DNA from: a virus
Taxonomy: Duplodnaviria > Caudoviricetes
Strand: one strand, 5' to 3'
IMG/VR virus record: IMGVR_UViG_3300043447_000340
Coordinates: 1 to 46,505 of that record
DNA: 46,505 nucleotides
Part shown: one piece after another, positions 1-8,092 of the stretch
Numbering within the stretch: position 1 is the first letter of the stretch
Layout: each line of letters opens with the position of its first letter
Translations under genes and position numbers: made by a program
The notes under the pieces: generated by a model
Told to the model about the DNA's origin: nothing
The model's database searches: none
Seen by the model: only the letters and a program-made list of their open reading frames with translations

Positions 1-1
1 G

Positions 2-175
2 ATAGATCAACAGTATCGACAAGACTTCGAACTAGCTTGTAAGAAGTTAGGGGAAAAGTATGGTGATAGATGGAATAAAGTATTATCTCAAATAAAACAA
101 AACAGAAAAAATGCTGAACATAATAGAAATGTAGATAACTTATATAAAATTTTAGTGCCTGATGCCCCTAAGTAG
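2..175 (+). CDS. 3' end of a hypothetical protein (truncated by window edge)
   Basis: Open frame IDQQYRQDFELACKK...VPDAPK* ending at TAG 173-175. Confidence 0.6.
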   Translation: MDQQYRQDFELACKKLGEKYGDRWNKVLSQIKQNRKNAEHNRNVDNLYKILVPDAPK

Positions 176-187
176 CCTTACAACAGA

Positions 188-272
188 TATGTCATTCAGA
201 GCATCAATAAATGCTCTGAAACATAGACTAAGAATTAATGGCAAAACGGAAGAGAATGTTATTCTCTTCCGT
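188..272. terminator. Two strong hairpins between convergent genes; probable terminator(s)
   Basis: TTCAGAGCAT/ATGCTCTGAA (195-220) and perfect 12-bp ACGGAAGAGAAT/ATTCTCTTCCGT (246-272). Confidence 0.55.
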
Positions 273-277
273 CAAAT

Positions 278-913
278 TTATTTTAATTCTTTATTGATAT
301 AATATGGAGTTAGGCCAGTAATTCTTGAACATTCTTTTATGGAGCCATATTTAATGTTTCTAAAAATTATTGATTTTGAACGCCCATTACCAGCACCTGT
401 TGTTTCGGGTCTTGGTTTTCCTTTTTGCGAGGCAGACATTTTTTGTTTTCTTTCATCAGTGTATACTACTTTGTATTTTTTCTGCTTTCCTTTTTGCCAA
501 GCAGACATTTTACTAAGAGTTTCATCTGAGAATTTTCTCCCAGTTAATTTCTCAGAACGTTTTTTGTTAGATTCATCTGATTGTTTGAATGAAGAGTCTT
601 TTAATGAAGCATATAACAGAGAGTTAAAATATCGATTTTGATGTGGATTATTAGAACTCATACACTTAAAGGCATTCCATGTTTTTCTGTTACGATATGA
701 TTTCCATAAGAGATAATGAAATATAAAATGAACTCTAGCTGGTACCGATATAATGTTCCACGATTCTTTACTATATTCTGGTCGTAGTGATTTTGGAATT
801 ATGTGATGTTTTTCTGTGTAACCATCATAAGTTTTTTCTTTATAGTATTCTACAAGTTTTAGATACCTATTGAAGTAATGATGATTGATTGGTGTTGGGA
901 ATAAATTTTTCAT
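278..913 (-). CDS. Free-standing HNH homing endonuclease with NUMOD3-type repeats
   Basis: EKHHIIPKS...N...HFIFH HNH core; SDESNKKRS/SDETLSKMS repeats; AT-rich; late-type ATAAATA on minus strand at 930-936. Confidence 0.85.
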   Translation of the reverse strand: MKNLFPTPINHHYFNRYLKLVEYYKEKTYDGYTEKHHIIPKSLRPEYSKESWNIISVPARVHFIFHYLLWKSYRNRKTWNAFKCMSSNNPHQNRYFNSLLYASLKDSSFKQSDESNKKRSEKLTGRKFSDETLSKMSAWQKGKQKKYKVVYTDERKQKMSASQKGKPRPETTGAGNGRSKSIIFRNIKYGSIKECSRITGLTPYYINKELK

Positions 914-952
914 AGTGTGTTAACTTTTTTATTTATGAATGGAGATATTGAA

Positions 953-2386
953 ATGAATAATACTTTTGTAGAAGCAGTAGCAAATCAATCAGCGAGAACT
1001 ACCAACGGTATGTTGGCTCGTAAGTCCACCGCAAATGCTTGCGTGGATCTTTTCTTTGCCGCAGGCGCAAGCCGCGGTAAGAACATCATCCCTCAATTTA
1101 CTGCGGCTTATGTAGAAGACGCTGAGATGGCGCTACGTATCGCTCAGTGGCTACGTGACGCACGTGGTGGTGCTGGCGAACGTGAATTGTTCCGTCAAAT
1201 CTTGGTTCACCTAGAACAGGTTAACCCAGCAGATGCTAAGCGATTGCTTGCTAAGATTCCAGAAATCGGTCGCTACGATGACCTCTTGGTCTTCAAATCT
1301 CAACCGATGAAGGCATCCGCATTCACTCTCTTGGGTGATGCGCTACGTGCCGGTAACGGCTTGGCTGCGAAATGGGTGCCACGTAAGGGCAAGATCGCGG
1401 CAGAGATCCGTGACTTCTTCGGTATGACTCCAAAGCAGTACCGTAAGAGTTTGGTAGCCTTGACTAAGGTTGTCGAAACACAGATGTGCGCTAAGGACTT
1501 CGATAACATCGAGTTCCCACACGTTCCATCTGTAGCTCACGCTCGATACAAGAAGGCGTTCAATCGCAACACCACTAAGTACGCTGAGTACGTACAGAAG
1601 TTGGCAAGCGGTGACACCTCTGTTAAAATCAACGCTGGTGCGGTTTATCCGTACGATGTGTTGAAGGGCGCTATGAACAGCTATGCTGTTCGTTCACTCT
1701 CTAAGACAGAGAAGGACGCTATGGACGCTCAATGGGCGGCTCTGCCAAACTACATCGGCGATGGTGATGTTCTACCAATGGTAGACAGTTCAGGTTCTAT
1801 GACCTGCCCTGCTGGTGGCTACAACTCTAAGAGCAAGTTAACTTGCTTGGAAGTTGCCCTGTCACTAGGCTTGTACTTCGCCGACAAGAACACTGGTAAG
1901 TTCAAGGATACATTCTTGACTTTCAGCCGTAACCCAAAGTTGGTTACCCTAAAGGGTTCCATCACTGAAAAGGTTACTCAGATGAACACTGGTGAAGTCG
2001 CTAACACCGACCTCAACAAGGCATTTGACTTGATCTTGAAGACTGCGGTTGACAATCAAGTTCCTCAGGCAGAAATGCCAGGTACTCTTGTAATCTTCTC
2101 AGATATGCAATTCGACCAAGGCTGTGATGGCTACGACGAATCAGCAGTCAAGATGATTGCTCGTAAGTACGAAGCGGCTGGGTACACTGTACCAAAGGTT
2201 GTCTTCTGGAACTTGAACGCCGCTTACGGCAACACACCAGTCAAGTTCGACAAGCGTGGCACTGCTCTTGTCTCTGGCTTCTCGCCAGCACTAGCAGAGT
2301 CAATCATGTCTAACGACTTGGAAGACTTCACACCATTCAACGTCATGTTGAAGGCTATCATGAAGCCACGCTACGACTTAGCGTAA
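953..2386 (+). CDS. DUF2828 family (TROVE/Ro60-like plus vWA) protein
   Basis: RDARGGAGER, AAKWVPR, MIDAS-like DSSGSM, IFSDMQFD, VFWNL, LVSGFSP; GGAG RBS before ATG 953. Confidence 0.85.
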   Translation: MNNTFVEAVANQSARTTNGMLARKSTANACVDLFFAAGASRGKNIIPQFTAAYVEDAEMALRIAQWLRDARGGAGERELFRQILVHLEQVNPADAKRLLAKIPEIGRYDDLLVFKSQPMKASAFTLLGDALRAGNGLAAKWVPRKGKIAAEIRDFFGMTPKQYRKSLVALTKVVETQMCAKDFDNIEFPHVPSVAHARYKKAFNRNTTKYAEYVQKLASGDTSVKINAGAVYPYDVLKGAMNSYAVRSLSKTEKDAMDAQWAALPNYIGDGDVLPMVDSSGSMTCPAGGYNSKSKLTCLEVALSLGLYFADKNTGKFKDTFLTFSRNPKLVTLKGSITEKVTQMNTGEVANTDLNKAFDLILKTAVDNQVPQAEMPGTLVIFSDMQFDQGCDGYDESAVKMIARKYEAAGYTVPKVVFWNLNAAYGNTPVKFDKRGTALVSGFSPALAESIMSNDLEDFTPFNVMLKAIMKPRYDLA

Positions 2387-2398
2387 AACTAAGTCACC

Positions 2399-2432
2399 GG
2401 CCCTACAGTCTTATGATTGTAGGGCCTTTTTT
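2399..2432 (+). terminator. Rho-independent terminator
   Basis: GGCCCTACAGTC-TTAT-GATTGTAGGGCC followed by T run. Confidence 0.85.
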
Positions 2433-2436
2433 CGTT

Positions 2437-2444
2437 TATAAATA
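2437..2444 (+). promoter_or_regulatory. T4 late-type promoter motif (representative copy)
   Basis: TATAAATA; related copies at 3505, 3954, 11171, 14279, 16643, 23377, 24541, 28094, 29340, 31725, 34487 (+) and 930, 32461, 43898, 44902 (-), each just upstream of a gene start. Confidence 0.7.
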
Positions 2445-2448
2445 CGAA

Positions 2449-3474
2449 ATGCGTTTACTATTAGAATACAGAGATACAACAGGACAATATAGCAACTACA
2501 CTGTAGGTTTTCAAATCAGAAACAATAGACTAGCGCAACTATGGTTGAATCACCTTATCATAAACCTGTTTGACTCTGACCATTTAATTGAAAAAACTTA
2601 CTGCTTACACGGCTGGCAAACAGACTGGTACAGTAAGAGAGGTAGAAACTTAACCTACCTGTGCCAACAACTTAACAACTCAATCGCAGAAGTAAACGAT
2701 GGTATGCGCAAGCATGGCTACCCAAACATAGACCTCCACTACAATGTTGAAATACTTAGAAGCGACCGTTATCGCACAGTAATGAATGAGATACATCACC
2801 ACTTTGAAATGCTAATAGGTCAAGTATGGAATCCTAGCAAGTGGATGAAATTAGCCGATGAACACACTAAGTTTCATATTCGTCAGTTGAATAATTTATG
2901 CCATGAAATTGAATCAGCAGTCAATAGTATTTGCGAAAAAGACACTTCAAAACATACCGGTGTTAGTATGATGGGCTTAGATGAACACGGCGAGTACTTT
3001 CACAACAAGTTAAGGACAGAACTTACTATAAACGAATACAGTTGCTTTCAACAAGACAGCATGAGTTGGACTGGCATTCTGCTATATTACTCACAACTAG
3101 GCAAAAGTCATTATGAAGCGTTTGCTGATAATGACCAGCACATTGACCACGAGAACATTAGCAGTATGCGATATGTTACGGGTGAGTTTACGTTCCCATT
3201 CAATCGTGAAGCAGTTGATGTAATTTATCCACAGGAGTTCTATGACTGGTTGAAGGTCAACAACTTCGATATCACGGACAAGACTTTAGGCATAGGATTC
3301 CCTGTCGTAGCTGATATTGATAGCAACTACACGCCGCTAGAACTACGAACAGAACTACTCAAGCGTGATGACTTGTACAAGATACACATTACCCAGGACG
3401 ATGGCACACCTCTAAGAATAAGAACATTCGACTATACTTGGCAAGATGAAGTTGCCTGGACACAAAAATCATAA
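2449..3474 (+). CDS. Hypothetical protein (late-type promoter)
   Basis: Long ORF; start moved to ATG 2449 because the ORF-track start lies inside the terminator. Confidence 0.7.
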   Translation: MRLLLEYRDTTGQYSNYTVGFQIRNNRLAQLWLNHLIINLFDSDHLIEKTYCLHGWQTDWYSKRGRNLTYLCQQLNNSIAEVNDGMRKHGYPNIDLHYNVEILRSDRYRTVMNEIHHHFEMLIGQVWNPSKWMKLADEHTKFHIRQLNNLCHEIESAVNSICEKDTSKHTGVSMMGLDEHGEYFHNKLRTELTINEYSCFQQDSMSWTGILLYYSQLGKSHYEAFADNDQHIDHENISSMRYVTGEFTFPFNREAVDVIYPQEFYDWLKVNNFDITDKTLGIGFPVVADIDSNYTPLELRTELLKRDDLYKIHITQDDGTPLRIRTFDYTWQDEVAWTQKS

Positions 3475-3517
3475 ACTCAAAAACTGCTACTATTTTGCGC
3501 CTGAGATAAATAGCATT

Positions 3518-3958
3518 ATGCTACACCTAATTACTACGCCCAAAGATCCGCTTATCACATTCGTCAAAGACGATCCTGTTCGCCCTGAAATCCCCGTTGA
3601 GTTCAGAGTAAAGGACAATCGTTTTATCGCTACGTTACTGGTAGACGATCAACCTGCGGCTATGGTGTGTATTTCACTTCACGACTTTGTGCCTAGAACA
3701 GTAGAAGACTTAGAGCAAACAAGTCAGGAGCCAACCGTGGCAGCCTTCTATACTATCTGGAGTTACAAGCCTGGCAGTGGCGCAGAACTACTCAAGCGTG
3801 TGTTACCTGAATTGAAGGCCAAGCACCCCACACTCACTACATTTGTCACATTATCACCTAAGACAGAGATGGCCAAGCGTTTCCACATCAAGAATGGCGC
3901 GGTTGTTTTCCGTGAGAATCCAGATACAGTCAACTACGATTACTCAAGCCAACGATAA
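3518..3958 (+). CDS. Conserved phage protein, possible GNAT-like fold
   Basis: DDPVRP...FYTIWSYKPGSG...TLSPKTEMAKRFHIKNG resembles GNAT motifs A/B; GATAAATA just upstream. Confidence 0.55.
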   Translation: MLHLITTPKDPLITFVKDDPVRPEIPVEFRVKDNRFIATLLVDDQPAAMVCISLHDFVPRTVEDLEQTSQEPTVAAFYTIWSYKPGSGAELLKRVLPELKAKHPTLTTFVTLSPKTEMAKRFHIKNGAVVFRENPDTVNYDYSSQR

Positions 3959-3990
3959 ATATCCTTAGCATTACAATAAGGAGAATAATA

Positions 3991-4716
3991 ATGCCACAAT
4001 ATGCAAGATTTAGATTTACAACGCCTGACCGCCAGGCGTTTCTGGACAGACAGAAGGCAAAGCAAGAGTACATTGCTAAGGCCCTAGCTGAAGCCAAGAA
4101 CGCAACAGTTACCAACAATATGTTTCAAGTTGGCTACTCTAGTGGCATTTCATACGCCGCTCGTATCTTAGACAACCCTAGTATCAACCACGTATTCTTA
4201 GCACACATTATTGCTTCACTAGGTCAGGAAGAAGATTCAACCGACTACACATCAGAAGAAGTTATCAAAAAGTGGAACGATAGTCGTGCCTTAGTTGATG
4301 CTGGCATTGCTGAAATTGCCGCTCACCGTGATGAAGTCGCACTAGCACAAGCTGAAATCAATCGCTTACAGGGTAATATTCCTGGCATTTACAATGGTCG
4401 TTTTGCTCAACCAACAAAAGCAAAACAAGATGCTAAACGTGCCGAAATTGACGCTCAAATTGCCGCTAACCAAGCTCGTCTAGCTCGTGCTATTGAAGCG
4501 GCTAAGATTGCTCCTAATGTAAACCCAGACGCTTGTATCAAAGCAGTTGATTTTATCAACGACTGTGTGAACGGTGTATTCAGCTTAGCTGGTACCGTTT
4601 GTGGCGCTTTCAACTTGGTAATTCCAAGCGGCAACCAAATCATCAGTAGTTTCAACAGTAATCGTGAATTGGTCACCAAGTACTTTGTACAAGAGAAATC
4701 TCGTCAAGGTAAGTAA
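3991..4716 (+). CDS. Hypothetical coiled-coil protein
   Basis: AAGGAG RBS, late motif at 3954, Ala-rich helical sequence. Confidence 0.75.
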   Translation: MPQYARFRFTTPDRQAFLDRQKAKQEYIAKALAEAKNATVTNNMFQVGYSSGISYAARILDNPSINHVFLAHIIASLGQEEDSTDYTSEEVIKKWNDSRALVDAGIAEIAAHRDEVALAQAEINRLQGNIPGIYNGRFAQPTKAKQDAKRAEIDAQIAANQARLARAIEAAKIAPNVNPDACIKAVDFINDCVNGVFSLAGTVCGAFNLVIPSGNQIISSFNSNRELVTKYFVQEKSRQGK

Positions 4717-4732
4717 TACTTTAGTACTACAC

Positions 4733-4760
4733 AAAAAAGGCACCCCCAGGGTGCCTTTTT
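4733..4760 (+). terminator. Rho-independent terminator
   Basis: AAAAAGGCACCC-CCA-GGGTGCCTTTTT. Confidence 0.9.
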
Positions 4761-4762
4761 AT

Positions 4763-4791
4763 TTGACAATAAATGGAATTCCTGCTATAAT
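4763..4791 (+). promoter_or_regulatory. sigma70-type early promoter (repeated cassette)
   Basis: TTGACA-17bp-TATAAT with TG extended -10. Confidence 0.9.
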
Positions 4792-4797
4792 ACTTGT

Positions 4798-5118
4798 ATG
4801 CTAAAAATACAGCGTAAACGCCGTTCTGACCGAAATTACCTCATTTACGTCATCACTAACCTGGTGACCAATGAGCAGTATGTCGGCATCACCGTCAAAA
4901 ACAGCACGGTTCAGAAAACTCTCCACCGGCGTATTCAGAAGCACGTTCAACGTGCCTTAGCCGAGGATAAATCCTGGGCACTTTGTGAGAGCATCAGACA
5001 GCATGGCTCCAATGCGTTTGAGTATGGTTTCGTGGAGCAGATACGTGGCCGCAAAGCCGCTTATCAACGTGAGCGTGAGTTAATCGCACTCCATAACCCT
5101 ATCTTAAACACTTTTTAA
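4798..5118 (+). CDS. Small GIY-YIG nuclease
   Basis: LIYVITN...QYVGIT, RRIQKH, ERELI...LN catalytic pattern. Confidence 0.85.
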   Translation: MLKIQRKRRSDRNYLIYVITNLVTNEQYVGITVKNSTVQKTLHRRIQKHVQRALAEDKSWALCESIRQHGSNAFEYGFVEQIRGRKAAYQRERELIALHNPILNTF

Positions 5119-5131
5119 AAGGAGATCACAT

Positions 5132-5845
5132 ATGACTAAACACCTGTATTTTGGATACGGAATGAACACCGATCCTGAACAAATGATGATGCGAACTGGC
5201 ATGCCTCTGGCACTTGGTCGCGGTATGGTTCGTGACCATGCTTTTCGCTTTGCCCTTCACGCCGATGTTTATCCTCAAGTAGGCACTAACACTTATGGCG
5301 TCTTGTGGGAAATCGACGATGCCGCACTTGCCGCACTCGATATGCGAGAAGGCTATCCACACTATTACGACCGCAAGATGGTAACTGTCGAAGCAAACGG
5401 CACTACGTATCAAGCGTGGATGTATTACATGACACCTGGACACCCAGACCGTGAACCTTCTAAGGGCTACTACGATATGCTTGTTCGTGGTTACACTACA
5501 TTCAACGTGCCGCTTGATCAAATTACCACAGCACTTGATCGCTCTATCAAAGCACAAGATCAGGCAGTTGACCTTGAAACTTACAAGTTCAACAGGGCGG
5601 TTATTGCGTACAGTCACACTGGTTATCAAAATTGGTCAACTAAGCCAATCCGCTGGTTTGAATCCTACACTGACCTTGTAAAGTTTGTAAAGGGTAAAAA
5701 GTTTTTACGTCAAGTTGAACAAGAAGCACAACACTGCGGCCTGTCACTTGAGGCTATGTGTAGCGACTACGTTTGCTACGATGAGATTACCGTTCCCGAT
5801 CACTTCCGTGTTCGTGATTATCACCTCGAAGCGAATGTTTACTAA
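5132..5845 (+). CDS. Gamma-glutamylcyclotransferase (GGCT/AIG2-like) family protein
   Basis: LYFGYGMN, YGVLWEI, LDMREGYP..Y.R motifs; AAGGAG RBS. Confidence 0.8.
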   Translation: MTKHLYFGYGMNTDPEQMMMRTGMPLALGRGMVRDHAFRFALHADVYPQVGTNTYGVLWEIDDAALAALDMREGYPHYYDRKMVTVEANGTTYQAWMYYMTPGHPDREPSKGYYDMLVRGYTTFNVPLDQITTALDRSIKAQDQAVDLETYKFNRAVIAYSHTGYQNWSTKPIRWFESYTDLVKFVKGKKFLRQVEQEAQHCGLSLEAMCSDYVCYDEITVPDHFRVRDYHLEANVY

Positions 5846-5846
5846 A

Positions 5847-6980
5847 ATGCGTACTTTACTTGTTCTATCTGTTGTAGCGTTATTGACTGCTTGTGGCGGC
5901 GGCGGAGGTGGTGGTTCTACTACTCCCTCTACTACTGTCACTCGCACAACTTCAACGCCGATTGCCATTGCCGCAACCTCCTATCAAAATTTGAAGGAAG
6001 TAGGCGCCACTCAAATTCAAATGCCTAGTGGCACTGAATGGAATGCCGCGACTACTCTTGCTGACTTTGATAGAACCGGCAACTTGGATATGTTTACTGC
6101 TAAGCAAATGTATGACGCTAGTACTTCTACGCCTCAAACAGCCCAAGCAAGTGTATTCAAGTTCTATAAACGAATGAGCGACGGTAGCTTAGTTGAAGAT
6201 ACTACTAAGTTAACTTCTAACGCTGGCTGTATTCATCCTCGTAAAGCTATTGTGGCTGACTATAACGGTGATGGGCGCCCTGATGTATTTGTTGCGTGTC
6301 ATGGTTACGATGCTAATCCTTTTCCTGGTGAACGGAACAAAGTGGTGCTGAGCAACGGCAATGGCACTTATACAATTCAGGATGCGTCTACTGATGTGGG
6401 ATTCTGGCATAGTGCGACGGCTCTTGATGTTGATGGCGATGGCGACATTGATGTTATAGCTGTGAGTAACTTTGATGCTAACAAGTTCGTTACGTTTTTG
6501 AACAACGGCAGCGGATCATTCACACGAGAAGCTGGCACACGTTTCCCAGCACTAGCCGGCAACTACTACACGATTGAAGCAGTCAAGGTTGATGCCGACA
6601 GTATTCCCGACATAGTTATCGGCGGGCATGACTGGAACGATGGCGGCGGACAAGCGAATACCATGATTCTTACCGGCAACGCTAACAACAACTGGACGGG
6701 CTCCACGCAAACTGTTGTTCCCTCTGTTGCTAACGAAGGTGTCGTGCTTGACTTTACTGTAACAGGTACGGGTTCCACTAAGACACTTTGGGTGCTACGA
6801 ACAAGCGGCGGCGATGGTACGTTCTATCAAAGCGTGACAGTTCAACGATATGTGGTAGCAACAGCCGCATCAAGTGTTGCGTACACACAACGGTCAGGCA
6901 CATGGACTCCCTGGCTTATCCAAGTATCTACCACAATTAGAACTTTATTCTCAACTTACAACTTGACAATAAATCAATAA
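5847..6980 (+). CDS. Lipoprotein with FG-GAP/VCBS repeats
   Basis: Lipobox LLTAC plus poly-Gly linker; ADFDRTGNLD, ADYNGDGRPD, DVDGDGDID, VDADSIPD repeats. Confidence 0.85.
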   Translation: MRTLLVLSVVALLTACGGGGGGGSTTPSTTVTRTTSTPIAIAATSYQNLKEVGATQIQMPSGTEWNAATTLADFDRTGNLDMFTAKQMYDASTSTPQTAQASVFKFYKRMSDGSLVEDTTKLTSNAGCIHPRKAIVADYNGDGRPDVFVACHGYDANPFPGERNKVVLSNGNGTYTIQDASTDVGFWHSATALDVDGDGDIDVIAVSNFDANKFVTFLNNGSGSFTREAGTRFPALAGNYYTIEAVKVDADSIPDIVIGGHDWNDGGGQANTMILTGNANNNWTGSTQTVVPSVANEGVVLDFTVTGTGSTKTLWVLRTSGGDGTFYQSVTVQRYVVATAASSVAYTQRSGTWTPWLIQVSTTIRTLFSTYNLTINQ

Positions 6981-6991
6981 CCTGCTACAAT
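6963..6991 (+). promoter_or_regulatory. sigma70-type early promoter (repeated cassette)
   Basis: TTGACAATAAAT...CCTGC-TACAAT, 17-bp spacer. Confidence 0.85.
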
Positions 6992-7021
6992 AATCCTATT
7001 GAAACTAGTAAGGAACTAAAC

Positions 7022-7510
7022 ATGGCAACTCGCTCTACTATCGCCCTTGAATTCGCTGACGGCACTGTCCAACAAGTCTATTCTCACTGGGACGGTTACA
7101 TCAATCATAACGGTAAGATTTTGTTGGAAAAGTGGAGCGATCCGTTCAAGCTCCAGCGACTTATCGACCTTGGTTCTGTTAGTCAACTAAGCTCCGAGAT
7201 TGGTACAGCCCATCCTTTCTCCAACCCTCATTCTTATGGTACTGCCGCTCACATTCAGTATGAGCAAGACTACAAGTACATGACTACTTTCTATTGCCGT
7301 GATCGTGGCGAAGAACTTAGTATTCATACTTTCAAGGACTTTGAGGACTACGAGCGTAACCATCAATATGAGGAATATGAATACATCCTTCGTAATGTCA
7401 ATGGCGTTGCTACTTGGTTCGTGTGTTCTTATGAGTCTGATGGTTACGAACCTCTGACTGAGGTCATGAAACGTATTGCCGAGCGCCTGGCAGAGGAGTG
7501 TGAGGAATGA
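7022..7510 (+). CDS. Conserved phage hypothetical protein
   Basis: MATRSTI...YSHWDGY motif typical of phage early proteins; AAGGA RBS. Confidence 0.8.
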   Translation: MATRSTIALEFADGTVQQVYSHWDGYINHNGKILLEKWSDPFKLQRLIDLGSVSQLSSEIGTAHPFSNPHSYGTAAHIQYEQDYKYMTTFYCRDRGEELSIHTFKDFEDYERNHQYEEYEYILRNVNGVATWFVCSYESDGYEPLTEVMKRIAERLAEECEE

Positions 7511-7593
7511 ATCCAGCCATTGTAAACTTTTGTATCATGTTTAGTCCCATCATCTTGATGGGCATCGCAATTCTTATCAAAAAGGAAATTTAA
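7507..7593 (+). CDS. 28-aa single-TM peptide (not in ORF track)
   Basis: ATGA overlap with upstream stop; MNPAIVNFCIMFSPIILMGIAILIKKEI*; fills the gap exactly. Confidence 0.55.
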   Translation: MNPAIVNFCIMFSPIILMGIAILIKKEI

Positions 7594-7594
7594 A

Positions 7595-7798
7595 ATGAAT
7601 GTAGTATTTGCTATCGTCGGCGCCCTTGCCGTTGTTGTTGGTCTTAGTTTGTTGCTTGCTGTCCCAGTTTGGCTACTGTGGAACGCTTGCTTGGTCGGCG
7701 CAGTTGCCGGTGTAAATGAGGTAACCCTGCTACAAGCATGGGGCTTGAACCTCTTGACAGGCTTGATGTTCAAGACCCACGTTACTACCAAAAAGTAA
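7595..7798 (+). CDS. Small membrane protein
   Basis: Hydrophobic N-terminus, WLLWN...LLQAWGL; AAGGA RBS. Confidence 0.75.
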   Translation: MNVVFAIVGALAVVVGLSLLLAVPVWLLWNACLVGAVAGVNEVTLLQAWGLNLLTGLMFKTHVTTKK

Positions 7799-7806
7799 TA
7801 CTTTAG

Positions 7807-7855
7807 TAGTACTTGACAATAAATCCCATTCCTGCTACAATACTTGTATTGAAAC
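7807..7855 (+). repeat. 49-bp early-promoter cassette identical to 35545-35593
   Basis: TAGTACTTGACAATAAATCCCATTCCTGCTACAATACTTGTATTGAAAC; -35 at 7813, -10 at 7836. Confidence 0.9.
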
Positions 7856-7873
7856 GCTAAATAAGGAACCACT

Positions 7874-8038
7874 ATGAAAAAGACTCTATCTTTTACCGTC
7901 GTTAACACTAAACCTCGCAACGTGGTTGCGCAGGCTATGTTCGACCGTAGTGGCCCTTACAAGTCTAAGGCTGTAAAAGTCGAGACTACTTACAAGCGCC
8001 AGCCAAAACATCGTAACCGACTCAATCAAGATATTTGA
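7874..8038 (+). CDS. 54-aa basic protein, ArfA-like (not in ORF track)
   Basis: Own promoter and AAGGA RBS; MKKTLSFTVVNTKPRNVVAQAMFDRSGPYKSKAVKVETTYKRQPKHRNRLNQDI*. Confidence 0.7.
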   Translation: MKKTLSFTVVNTKPRNVVAQAMFDRSGPYKSKAVKVETTYKRQPKHRNRLNQDI

Positions 8039-8063
8039 CAATAAATGGCATTCCTGCTATAAT
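8035..8063 (+). promoter_or_regulatory. sigma70-type early promoter (repeated cassette)
   Basis: TTGACA-17bp-TATAAT-ACTTGTAT. Confidence 0.9.
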
Positions 8064-8092
8064 ACTTGTATTGATTGATTGAAAGGTTACTA

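Noticed and set aside
278-913. Group I intron hosting the HNH gene
   Set aside because: It is antisense to its neighbours, interrupts no ORF and has too little flanking sequence for an intron core.
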